This document shows positions 1 to 6,955 of a stretch of 24,802 bases of DNA, in pieces. The notes under the pieces were generated by a model. The model saw nothing but the letters and a program-made list of their open reading frames with translations, was not told the DNA's origin and did no database searches. Position 1 is the first letter of the stretch. Every line of letters begins with the position of its first letter. Origin of the DNA: a virus (Duplodnaviria; Heunggongvirae; Uroviricota; Caudoviricetes). The translations under genes were made by a program, and so were the position numbers. Where the stretch lies: the IMG/VR virus record IMGVR_UViG_2778261420_000001, positions 1-24,802 of that record. One strand, written 5' to 3'.

Positions 1-621
1 ATGCGCCAGAATGCGCTGTTGCTTGAGCGAAAACCTGCTGTACCGCCATCGAAACGGGCACATACAGGCAGAGTGGCTGTGAAAGAAAGTAATCAGCGAT
101 GGTGCTCTGACGGGTTCGAGTTCCGCTGTGATAACGGAGAAAAACTGCGAGTCACGTTCGCGCTGGACTGCTGTGACCGTGAGGCACTGCACTGGGCAGT
201 CACTACGGGCGGCTTCGACAGTGAAACAGTACAGGACGTAATGCTGGGAGCGGTGGAACGCCGCTTCGGCAACGAGCTTCCGGCGTCTCCAGTAGAGTGG
301 CTGACGGATAATGGTTCATGCTACCGGGCTAATGAAACACGGCAGTTTGCCCGGATGTTGGGGCTTGAACCGAAGAACACGGCGGTGCGGAGTCCGGAGA
401 GTAACGGAATAGCAGAGAGCTTCGTGAAAACGATAAAGCGTGACTACATCAGTATCATGCCTAAACCAGACGGGTTAACGGCAGCAAAGAACCTTGCAGA
501 GGCGTTCGAGCATTATAACGAATGGCATCCGCATAGTGCACTGGGTTATCGCTCGCCACGGGAATATCTACGGCAGCAAGCCAGTAATGGGTTAAGTGAT
601 AACAGGTGTCTGGAAATATAG
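1..621 (+). CDS. insD: IS3-family transposase OrfB (IS2 InsD-like) C-terminal fragment, 5' partial
   Basis: Track ORF 1-621 translates to an integrase-core (DDE) domain with ...[12 protein letters not shown]...[19 protein letters not shown]...[12 protein letters not shown], characteristic of IS3-family OrfB. The first ATG is internal; the real start lies upstream of the window. Confidence 0.85.
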   Translation: MRQNALLLERKPAVPPSKRAHTGRVAVKESNQRWCSDGFEFRCDNGEKLRVTFALDCCDREALHWAVTTGGFDSETVQDVMLGAVERRFGNELPASPVEWLTDNGSCYRANETRQFARMLGLEPKNTAVRSPESNGIAESFVKTIKRDYISIMPKPDGLTAAKNLAEAFEHYNEWHPHSALGYRSPREYLRQQASNGLSDNRCLEI

Positions 622-632
622 GGGCAAATCCA
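1..632 (+). mobile_element. IS2 (IS3 family) right-hand portion, cut by the window start; element ends at ~632
   Basis: Sequence 1-632 matches, from memory, the 3' part of E. coli IS2 including the terminal ...TGGAAATATAGGGGCAAATCCA right end at ~611-632; the ORF inside is an IS3-family DDE transposase. The left end and any target duplication are outside the window. Confidence 0.8.
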
Positions 633-838
633 ACCAGTAACACCGCTGTTCCGTTCGTTCCCGTGAAGTAATGACACCCGGCCAGTGCAAACCGCTGGCC
701 GGAGCAGTATCAGGATTTTTTAGTATGCCGTTCTCACAAAAAAACCGCTTGCCATGCCGCAATCAGTCAGGTTACATTTTCGCTGCACCTCATAAAACGG
801 GTGCCGGGTTTCGCAGCCTGCTGACAACCAAAGCGCAC

Positions 839-860
839 AACCGCGCCAGCGGTTTTTTTG
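839..860 (+). terminator. Terminator-like hairpin followed by a T7 run
   Basis: ACCGC-GCCA-GCGGT stem-loop followed by TTTTTTT at ~839-858, inside the non-coding stretch between IS2 and the first phage ORF. The stem is short, so this is weak. Confidence 0.3.
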
Positions 861-1038
861 TGCGTACTGTATTGCCACGTTTTTTTCGCGTCAGAATTAT
901 GGCGGGGCGTACGGGGCCGACTTCGGTCGGGCCGGGTTCTTTGGTTGCCGGTACTGCGAACCCCGTACGTCTCGCCACCCACAGTTTCGCAGCTCTGGAT
1001 GGTGAGTTTTCAAAACTTACAACCAAAGAGGCCACACC

Positions 1039-1269
1039 ATGGCAAACCGCAAACAGCACCGCGCTATCGCGGAGCGTCGTCACATCCAGACTGAAATCAA
1101 CCGCAGACTTTCCCGCGCATTCCGCGTCGCTAAAATCATGCACATCAATATGCTGCATGAGCGTAGCTGCGAACTTTCAAACCTCTACTCATCCGCTGTT
1201 TTCAGTTATCTGGCGGATGATCTGCGCGAGCTTCAGCAGCTCATCCAGCAGCAAAACAAACTCCATTAA
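1039..1269 (+). CDS. Hypothetical small protein (76 aa), phage early region
   Basis: Track ORF with a canonical AAGAGG Shine-Dalgarno about 8 nt upstream of the ATG, co-oriented with the downstream replication gene. No recognisable domain. Confidence 0.5.
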   Translation: MANRKQHRAIAERRHIQTEINRRLSRAFRVAKIMHINMLHERSCELSNLYSSAVFSYLADDLRELQQLIQQQNKLH

Positions 1270-1341
1270 TTCCTGTTCCGGGCCTTTCCTGCACCTTGCG
1301 GCAGGAGGCCTTCGCACATCTGTAACAAGAGGATTGCCGCA

Positions 1342-1707
1342 ATGATTCTCGCCAACGACTTTCTTGAATACCTGCTCAACACAGAGCGTGATCTTGCCGT
1401 TCGCGTGCGTGAACGTTATGACATGTACCTGAAATCCCTGCCTGTACCGCAGCTCGCTGACGGAAAGATTGTTATTGATGGTCGCTACATGATTGACAGC
1501 CACGAGGGAAATTACAGGCTTTACCGCATTGAAGGTGGCACTCCGTCCGTTATTGGCATTTACCAGCGCCCACCCTCTGCAATCGTCGATGTGATTGCCG
1601 ACAGCATCCGCATCACACATCGCTATGCCGACACAGAAGACACCGTGCTGGAAATTCAGCGGCTGGCTGCCGTTTGCCGTGACACCCTGAACGGTATGAC
1701 GCAGTAA
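1342..1707 (+). CDS. Hypothetical protein (121 aa) immediately upstream of the replication gene
   Basis: Track ORF with AAGAGGA Shine-Dalgarno before the ATG, ending 7 nt before the gpA start. Position matches the small early ORFs (orf80-83 region) that precede gene A in P2-like phages. Confidence 0.6.
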   Translation: MILANDFLEYLLNTERDLAVRVRERYDMYLKSLPVPQLADGKIVIDGRYMIDSHEGNYRLYRIEGGTPSVIGIYQRPPSAIVDVIADSIRITHRYADTEDTVLEIQRLAAVCRDTLNGMTQ

Positions 1708-1713
1708 ATCAGT

Positions 1714-4536
1714 ATGACGACAGAGTACATCAGGGACTGGCAACAACCGCGCCACGCAGTGGGGCGTGAAGGAACGGGGATCCCCGCACCTGAATCCGCG
1801 CTTTCCTCCTGGCTGGATGCCTACCAGGCAGAGAACGAGCGCCGACAGGAAAAGGCTGATGCGGCGTTCTCTGCCACGCCACTGGGCAACCTGATTAATA
1901 AAAGCCTGGACGCACAGGAAAAACAGGACAAAACCATCACGCTGGCAGGAGACGCCAGAAGACAGGCACGCGGCGCGGTGGATGAAGCCATGGCCTCGCT
2001 GCGCCTGCTGCCGTCCTATCTGCGCGATCCGCTTATTCGCCACCTCTCCTTCCTGCGCAAAAAACAGGAAGTCGATCGCCGGAAAGGCAAAAAGAGCTGG
2101 CAGGCAGAACGCTATGCACGCGGAACCCTGCGCAAAATATTCGAACGTCTGGATCGCACTGACGGACACTGGCTGACACCGGGTTATCGCTCCCTTGCCG
2201 GACGCGAACGCCTGGACGATTTGCTTTACCTGCCGCAGCTCAACAAACACCAGATACAGACGCTGGCCACCATGACGGCGGCGATGTTCAGCAGCACCTT
2301 CGAAAAACTCTGCGATGGCTTTGGTGCGACTGATGGCGAGCTGACCATGGATGTAACGCTGAAGGCGTATCAGATGCTGGCCCGCATGGCGTTACACCTG
2401 CACGCCATGCCTCCGCATTATGACGCACTGACAACAGACAAAGGCCGGAGGAACGAACCAGACACGGAGCTGCTGCCGGGCGCAATCCTTCGCCTGACCT
2501 GTGCGGAATGGTGGAAACGCAAACTGTGGCTGTTACGTTGCGAGTGGAGAGAAGAACAACTCCGCGCCGCCTGTCTGGTTTCCAGAAAAACATCGCCCTA
2601 TCTGAGCCAGGATGCGTTAAGCGAGTTTCGCGCACAGCGCGAGAAAACACGCGATTTCCTGAAAAGTTTCATGCTGGAAAACGAAGACGGGTTCACGATT
2701 GATCTTGAGACAGTGTATTACGCGGGAGTAAGTAACCCGGTTCACCGTAAGGCAGAAATGATGGCCACCATGAAGGGGCTGGAACTTCTGGCCGAAGCCC
2801 GTGGCGACAGAGCGGTGTTTCTGACTGTCACCTGCCCGTCAAAATACCACGCAACAACGGAGAACGGTCATCCGAATCCCAAATGGAACGGGGCCACTAT
2901 GCGCGACTCCAGCGATTACCTGGTTAACTCGTTTTTTGCGGCGGTCCGCAAGAAACTGAACCGCGACGGCCTGCGCTGGTATGGCATCCGCACGGTGGAG
3001 CCTCACCATGACGGCACCGTGCACTGGCATATGATGGTCTTTGCTCATCCGGAAGAAATCGACACCATTGTGTCCCACACCCGCGATATTGCCATTCAGG
3101 AAGATCGTCACGAGCTGGGTGATGATATTACCCCACGCTTTAAGGCAGAGTACGTCGACGGCTCAAAAGGCACACCGACCAGCTACATCGCCACCTACAT
3201 CGGAAAGAACCTGGACAGCCGCGCCGTGGATGGTATCGACCCGAAAACGGGCAAGCCACGCGTTGACCACGAAACCGGAAAATCAATGGCCGAGAGCGTG
3301 GAGCGCGCCATCGGCTGGGCGCGCCTTCACCGGGTCCGCCAGTTCCAGTTCTTTGGCATCCCCTCCCGTCAGGTGTGGCGTGAACTGCGCCGCCTTGCCA
3401 GCCAGATGGCACGCAACCCGGAAGGCCCGCAACGGCTGAAGGATGACGCAATGGATGCAGTGCTCGCTGCCGCTGATGCCGGGTGTTTTGCCTCCTACAT
3501 AGAGAAACAGGGCGGCGTACTTGTTCCACGCCAAGACTACCTGATTCGCACCGCCTACGACCTCGCAGATGAGCTGAACGATTACGGCGAACAGAGCGTA
3601 CAGATTTACGGGATCTGGTCACCACTCATCGGGGAGTCTTCCCGTGTGTGCACACATCCGGATAACTGGAAGCTGGTAAGACGTAAACCGGAAGCGGAAG
3701 ACAGCGCCCGCGAAAATGGTTTTGACCTTCAGGGCGGCCCTGCCGCCCCTTGGACTCGTGGCAATAACTGTCCCCGTGTACAGGAAACGGACAACAACGG
3801 GACAGAACAGCCGGAAGAACGGCCAGCACCGTGGCCGCAGCTCCCTGACGGCGTTGAAGTGAACGAATGGATGCGCTCACTGAAACGGCACGAACGCCGG
3901 GCGCTGATGCGTTCGCTTCGTGACAAACAGGCAAAAAACAGCAGTGATGAAATGCAGAACTGGACACAGAGCCGCAAACAGTCACAGCCTTTGCCTGATA
4001 ACCACGAATTACTCGCTAAAGAATGGCGGGAATCTGCCGAATCTCTCGGCCTGCATATCGGTGAACAGCAGATGCAGCACCTGTTACGGGGCGGCAGCCT
4101 GTACGTTGACGGCAGCATCATTGCACCACAGGGATTTGAAATTGTACGTAAACCGGATACCCGCCCGGACAGCCGAATCACGCAGCTCTGGCAGCACCTG
4201 AGCCGTAATCACGGCGTAAGCAGCACGGAGATCCGCCATAATCCGGTCGCCAGCTATCTGGCACAACTGGGGGCATCAGACCCCGAAGCCGCCGCACGTC
4301 TGGCATCCACACTTCAGCAGGACCAGAACACCATGAAAACCCCCGTTACCGTGCTTTCTGACATGCTGCGCGCCATCCGTGACGCAGAGCACGCACAGAG
4401 AATCAGTGAAACAACTGAACGCGCCCGCCGCAAAGCAGACCTGCTGCGGGGTGGCCTGACCAGTAGAAACAAAAAACAGACAGAAACGGGATTCACAAAT
4501 CCCGTAAATGAGCAAAAAACGCGCCGCGATATATGA
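1714..4536 (+). CDS. A: Replication initiation protein, phage gpA family (rolling-circle nickase), 940 aa with a long C-terminal extension
   Basis: Track ORF contains hallmark gpA motifs: VFLTVTCPSKYHA, the HWHMMVF histidine pair, and SYIATYIGKNLD carrying the catalytic tyrosine region. It is roughly 180 aa longer than P2 A as I recall it; the extra C-terminus is rich in Q/R/E/K. Confidence 0.9.
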   Translation: MTTEYIRDWQQPRHAVGREGTGIPAPESALSSWLDAYQAENERRQEKADAAFSATPLGNLINKSLDAQEKQDKTITLAGDARRQARGAVDEAMASLRLLPSYLRDPLIRHLSFLRKKQEVDRRKGKKSWQAERYARGTLRKIFERLDRTDGHWLTPGYRSLAGRERLDDLLYLPQLNKHQIQTLATMTAAMFSSTFEKLCDGFGATDGELTMDVTLKAYQMLARMALHLHAMPPHYDALTTDKGRRNEPDTELLPGAILRLTCAEWWKRKLWLLRCEWREEQLRAACLVSRKTSPYLSQDALSEFRAQREKTRDFLKSFMLENEDGFTIDLETVYYAGVSNPVHRKAEMMATMKGLELLAEARGDRAVFLTVTCPSKYHATTENGHPNPKWNGATMRDSSDYLVNSFFAAVRKKLNRDGLRWYGIRTVEPHHDGTVHWHMMVFAHPEEIDTIVSHTRDIAIQEDRHELGDDITPRFKAEYVDGSKGTPTSYIATYIGKNLDSRAVDGIDPKTGKPRVDHETGKSMAESVERAIGWARLHRVRQFQFFGIPSRQVWRELRRLASQMARNPEGPQRLKDDAMDAVLAAADAGCFASYIEKQGGVLVPRQDYLIRTAYDLADELNDYGEQSVQIYGIWSPLIGESSRVCTHPDNWKLVRRKPEAEDSARENGFDLQGGPAAPWTRGNNCPRVQETDNNGTEQPEERPAPWPQLPDGVEVNEWMRSLKRHERRALMRSLRDKQAKNSSDEMQNWTQSRKQSQPLPDNHELLAKEWRESAESLGLHIGEQQMQHLLRGGSLYVDGSIIAPQGFEIVRKPDTRPDSRITQLWQHLSRNHGVSSTEIRHNPVASYLAQLGASDPEAAARLASTLQQDQNTMKTPVTVLSDMLRAIRDAEHAQRISETTERARRKADLLRGGLTSRNKKQTETGFTNPVNEQKTRRDI

Positions 4537-4583
4537 AGCGCGCACAAAACAGGCGAAAACGGGATTTAAAAATCCCGTAAACG
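4469..4583. repeat. Two ~40-bp direct repeats, each containing an 8-4-8 palindrome ACGGGATT-N4-AATCCCGT; candidate operator or centromere (parC-like) site
   Basis: Copy 1 core ACGGGATTCACAAATCCCGT at ~4486-4505 (inside the last codons of gene A) and copy 2 ACGGGATTTAAAAATCCCGT at ~4558-4577, with similar flanks (AAACAG.C..AAACGGG ... CCCGTAAA). Copy 2 lies about 35 bp upstream of the parM-like start codon. Confidence 0.5.
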
Positions 4584-4612
4584 ATTAATTAATCAACATA
4601 AGGAAAAGCGAC

Positions 4613-5572
4613 ATGAAAATTTGTATCGACGACGGCTCCACCAACATCAAGCTGGCATGGACTGAGAACGGCGAACGCCGCAACGCCATCAGCCCGAACA
4701 GCTTCAAGTCGGAATGGTCTGCGCCGTTCGGTGGCACGCAGCCCGCGAACTACATGCTTGATGGCGTGCGCTATGGTTTTGATCCGGTCAGCGATCGCTT
4801 TGTCCAGACGACCGACACGCAATACCAGTACAGCGATGTGAATGTAATCGCCATTCACCACGCGCTGGTCAAATCAGGCATCACACCACAGGAAGTGGAT
4901 GTGGTTGTTACCCTGCCACTGAGCGAGTATTTCGACACAAACGCACAGCCGGACATGGCCAACATCAACCGCAAAAAAGCGAACGTTATGCGCCCGGTGG
5001 AGTACCAGAACGGCGAGGCATTCACTATCCGTAACGTGCGGGTTATGCCTGAATCCATTCCGGCTGGTTTTAAGGCACTGGCTGACATGAGTCCGTTTGA
5101 ATCCCTGCTGATTGTGGATTTGGGCGGAACCACGCTGGATGTGGCAAAGGTTCAGGGGCAACTGGCAGGTATCAGCCAGGTGTTTTGCGATCCACACGTA
5201 GGCGTTTCTCTGATGGCCGATGCCGTGCTGTCGGTGATGGCCACCAACGGTATGCGCACCAGTCACCACATCGCCAATACCATTATCGAACATCGCCACG
5301 ATGAAGCCTGGCTGCGCCAGCACATCCACAATGACGCGCATTACGCCAGCCTGATGGCAGTTATTCGTGAAAAGGAGGAAACACTGAAACAACGCGTGAT
5401 CCGCGCGCTGGCGGTTTTTTCGGGTTACGGGCGGGTGATGGTTGTAGGTGGAGGAGCGGAGATTGTGGCACCCGCTATCCGCGAAGCCTGCGGAGTTAAT
5501 GCGACTTTCATCGCGGACGGGGTGCCACAGTTTGCTCTGGTTAATGGGCTGTACGCAATGGACAAGGAGTAA
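4613..5572 (+). CDS. parM: ParM/StbA-family actin-like segregation ATPase (319 aa)
   Basis: Track ORF aligns along its whole length, from memory, with plasmid R1 ParM: N-terminal IDDGSTNIKL phosphate motif, YSDVNV..HHAL, VMPESIPAG, L.IDLGGTTLD, VMV.GGGAE and C-terminal LVNG.Y. Shine-Dalgarno AAGGAAAAG upstream. Confidence 0.9.
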   Translation: MKICIDDGSTNIKLAWTENGERRNAISPNSFKSEWSAPFGGTQPANYMLDGVRYGFDPVSDRFVQTTDTQYQYSDVNVIAIHHALVKSGITPQEVDVVVTLPLSEYFDTNAQPDMANINRKKANVMRPVEYQNGEAFTIRNVRVMPESIPAGFKALADMSPFESLLIVDLGGTTLDVAKVQGQLAGISQVFCDPHVGVSLMADAVLSVMATNGMRTSHHIANTIIEHRHDEAWLRQHIHNDAHYASLMAVIREKEETLKQRVIRALAVFSGYGRVMVVGGGAEIVAPAIREACGVNATFIADGVPQFALVNGLYAMDKE

Positions 5573-5576
5573 ATCA

Positions 5577-5891
5577 ATGACGACACCAACCAGACGGATA
5601 AGTTTCTATCTGAAGCCCGCCGTCGTCAAGAGCGAACGGGAGGCGTGCAGTTACCTCGACAGCCTGCCAGCCTCCGAACGCAGCCGCGCACAACGCGCGG
5701 CTTTTCTGGCTGGACTGGCTCTTATAAAACGCACCCCCGCGTTGGCGTATTCGCTGGCAGAATGGTCAGAAGACGAAATACGGATGCCACCGCTACCAGT
5801 ACAGCCTGAAAAACCGGCGCAACCAGCAGCAGACAGCGCCCCCCATATGCAGCAGGTGAAAAAGAATATTCAGGCGTTTTTCCCGAAGTGA
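5577..5891 (+). CDS. parR: ParR-like ribbon-helix-helix centromere-binding protein / operon repressor (104 aa)
   Basis: ATG at 5577 with AAGGAG Shine-Dalgarno embedded in the end of parM, 4 nt after the parM stop. N-terminal segment ISFYLKP...SYLDSLPASERSRAQRAAFLAGLAL resembles R1 ParR (…TLDSIPQGERSRLNRAALTAGLAL). The track ORF 5448-5891 extends upstream into parM and is taken to be an artefact. Confidence 0.8.
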   Translation: MTTPTRRISFYLKPAVVKSEREACSYLDSLPASERSRAQRAAFLAGLALIKRTPALAYSLAEWSEDEIRMPPLPVQPEKPAQPAADSAPHMQQVKKNIQAFFPK

Positions 5892-5905
5892 AAACAGGAG
5901 TAACT

Positions 5906-6193
5906 ATGTCCACCATTACCAAAGAATGGTTACAACGTAAAATCACAGAGTTTAAATCGTGGCGCGAAGACATCCCGTTCGGTCTTGATGAAGACGATCA
6001 CAATATGTTAATCGCACTGGAAATCGCACTTGCATCACTGGAAGCAGAGCCAGTGGCATGGATGCACGCAAATAATCCTATTGGAATACCGGCGATAACA
6101 AGAAGTAAAGATGTTGCAGACAGCTGGCGCTCTAAGGGATGGAATGTATTGCCTCTTTATTCACTGACCCGCCCCATCAATTTATGCCATTAA
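5906..6193 (+). CDS. Hypothetical protein (95 aa), cargo gene of unknown function
   Basis: In-frame ATG at ~5906 preceded by CAGGAG Shine-Dalgarno, starting about 15 nt after the parR stop. It sits at the point where the sequence becomes visibly AT-richer. No recognised domain. Confidence 0.55.
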   Translation: MSTITKEWLQRKITEFKSWREDIPFGLDEDDHNMLIALEIALASLEAEPVAWMHANNPIGIPAITRSKDVADSWRSKGWNVLPLYSLTRPINLCH

Positions 6194-6204
6194 TGGAAGT
6201 AATC

Positions 6205-6564
6205 ATGATGAAAGATAATTCCGGAAGCCAGCGTGCATCAGTTGCAGTTATGGTAATGATTAAATTTGTGAAACAGTACACCGGAAAGCCAATCTCACTC
6301 CGGCAATTAAGCAAAGAAACCGTTTCACTGTCATATCTGGAGCAAATATTCAGATATTTACGGGAAAGTAGCTTGGTAAAAGCCACACGCGGCCCGGGTG
6401 GTGGATATATCCCGACAAAAGAAAATTACAGTGTTGGTGATATTGTCCGGGCAATGAAATGTTCCGGATTATATACACAGCACGTTATTCTGGCTGCACT
6501 GGATAATATTTCTTTAACCAGCCTGCAGGAAGACACAAATTATCAGTTGTCTGCCATTGAATAA
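6205..6564 (+). CDS. Rrf2-family-like winged-helix transcriptional regulator (about 119 aa; start uncertain, 6184-6208)
   Basis: Contains the Rrf2 wHTH signature ISLRQLSKETVSLSYLEQIFRYLRESSLVKATRGPGGGY. No Cys cluster, so probably not Fe-S binding. AT-rich relative to its flanks and directly abuts the preceding ORF. Confidence 0.6.
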   Translation: MMKDNSGSQRASVAVMVMIKFVKQYTGKPISLRQLSKETVSLSYLEQIFRYLRESSLVKATRGPGGGYIPTKENYSVGDIVRAMKCSGLYTQHVILAALDNISLTSLQEDTNYQLSAIE

Positions 6565-6569
6565 GAAAA

Positions 6570-6610
6570 CCCGGAACGGGTGCGCAAATTCTTTGTGCGC
6601 CCGTTCCGGG
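6570..6610. terminator. Long GC-rich hairpin between convergent genes (bidirectional intrinsic terminator candidate)
   Basis: CCCGGAACGGGTGCGCAAA - TTC - TTTGTGCGCCCGTTCCGGG: a near-perfect ~19-bp inverted repeat starting 6 nt after the Rrf2-like stop and ending about 20 nt before the convergent Ogr-like gene's stop. Confidence 0.6.
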
Positions 6611-6632
6611 TTGGACAAGCGAAGCGCGTCAG

Positions 6633-6890
6633 CTATCCGGCCTGCAACAACTCCAGAGCCATTTGTTTTTCTTCCGGACGCATCCGCTCAATCAACAGCT
6701 TTAACACACCATTCTCCAGCCCGCTGGGCACCAGTGTGTGCGAGTAGGTCAGATTCATCACCCAGGTATGTCCGCACTCGAGACGGGTGCAACGGTAATA
6801 CACATCAGCAAACTGATCGGTTTTCCAGGCTGTTTTCTCAATCACTGCATGTGCACCGCAGCAATGACATCGCGCTTTCTGTCTGCGCAT
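6633..6890 (-). CDS. Ogr/Delta-family zinc-finger late-gene transcriptional activator (about 85 aa)
   Basis: Start moved to the internal ATG (MRRQKARCHCCG...) which has a GGAGGTGGAAA Shine-Dalgarno. Cys spacing C-x2-C-x22-C-x4-C matches P2 Ogr / P4 Delta exactly, and there is a ...VPSG... segment like Ogr. Confidence 0.7.
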   Translation of the reverse strand: MRRQKARCHCCGAHAVIEKTAWKTDQFADVYYRCTRLECGHTWVMNLTYSHTLVPSGLENGVLKLLIERMRPEEKQMALELLQAG

Positions 6891-6955
6891 TTTCCACCTC
6901 CCGGAACAGCGTTTTACTGCCACCGATTTTACCCGCTCTTTCCCCATACCGCACA

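Noticed and set aside
633-1038. tRNA or tmRNA gene fragment marking a phage attachment site
   Set aside because: No T-arm consensus (GGTTCGA-type) or cloverleaf-compatible segment is visible on either strand; the boundary here is set by the IS2 end, not by an att core.
671-1345. 224-aa ORF on the + strand between IS2 and the first phage genes
   Set aside because: The translation is low-complexity (Ser/Thr/Arg/Phe runs), it spans several hairpin/T-run motifs and overlaps the better-supported 76-aa ORF in another frame. Treated as non-coding.
1189-2250. 353-aa ORF on the - strand
   Set aside because: Lies entirely antisense to the strongly supported 76-aa, 121-aa and gpA genes; no Shine-Dalgarno or recognisable domain. 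Long antisense ORFs are expected in GC-rich coding DNA.
4469-4583. Possible CRISPR array (repeated palindromic units)
   Set aside because: Only two copies, about 72 bp apart and partly inside a coding region, with no further repeats or cas genes. Better explained as operator/centromere-type protein-binding repeats.
5448-5576. N-terminal extension of the parR-like ORF as given in the track
   Set aside because: The extension overlaps the 3' end of parM in another frame, whereas an ATG at 5577 with an AAGGAG Shine-Dalgarno gives a ParR-sized product starting just after the parM stop.
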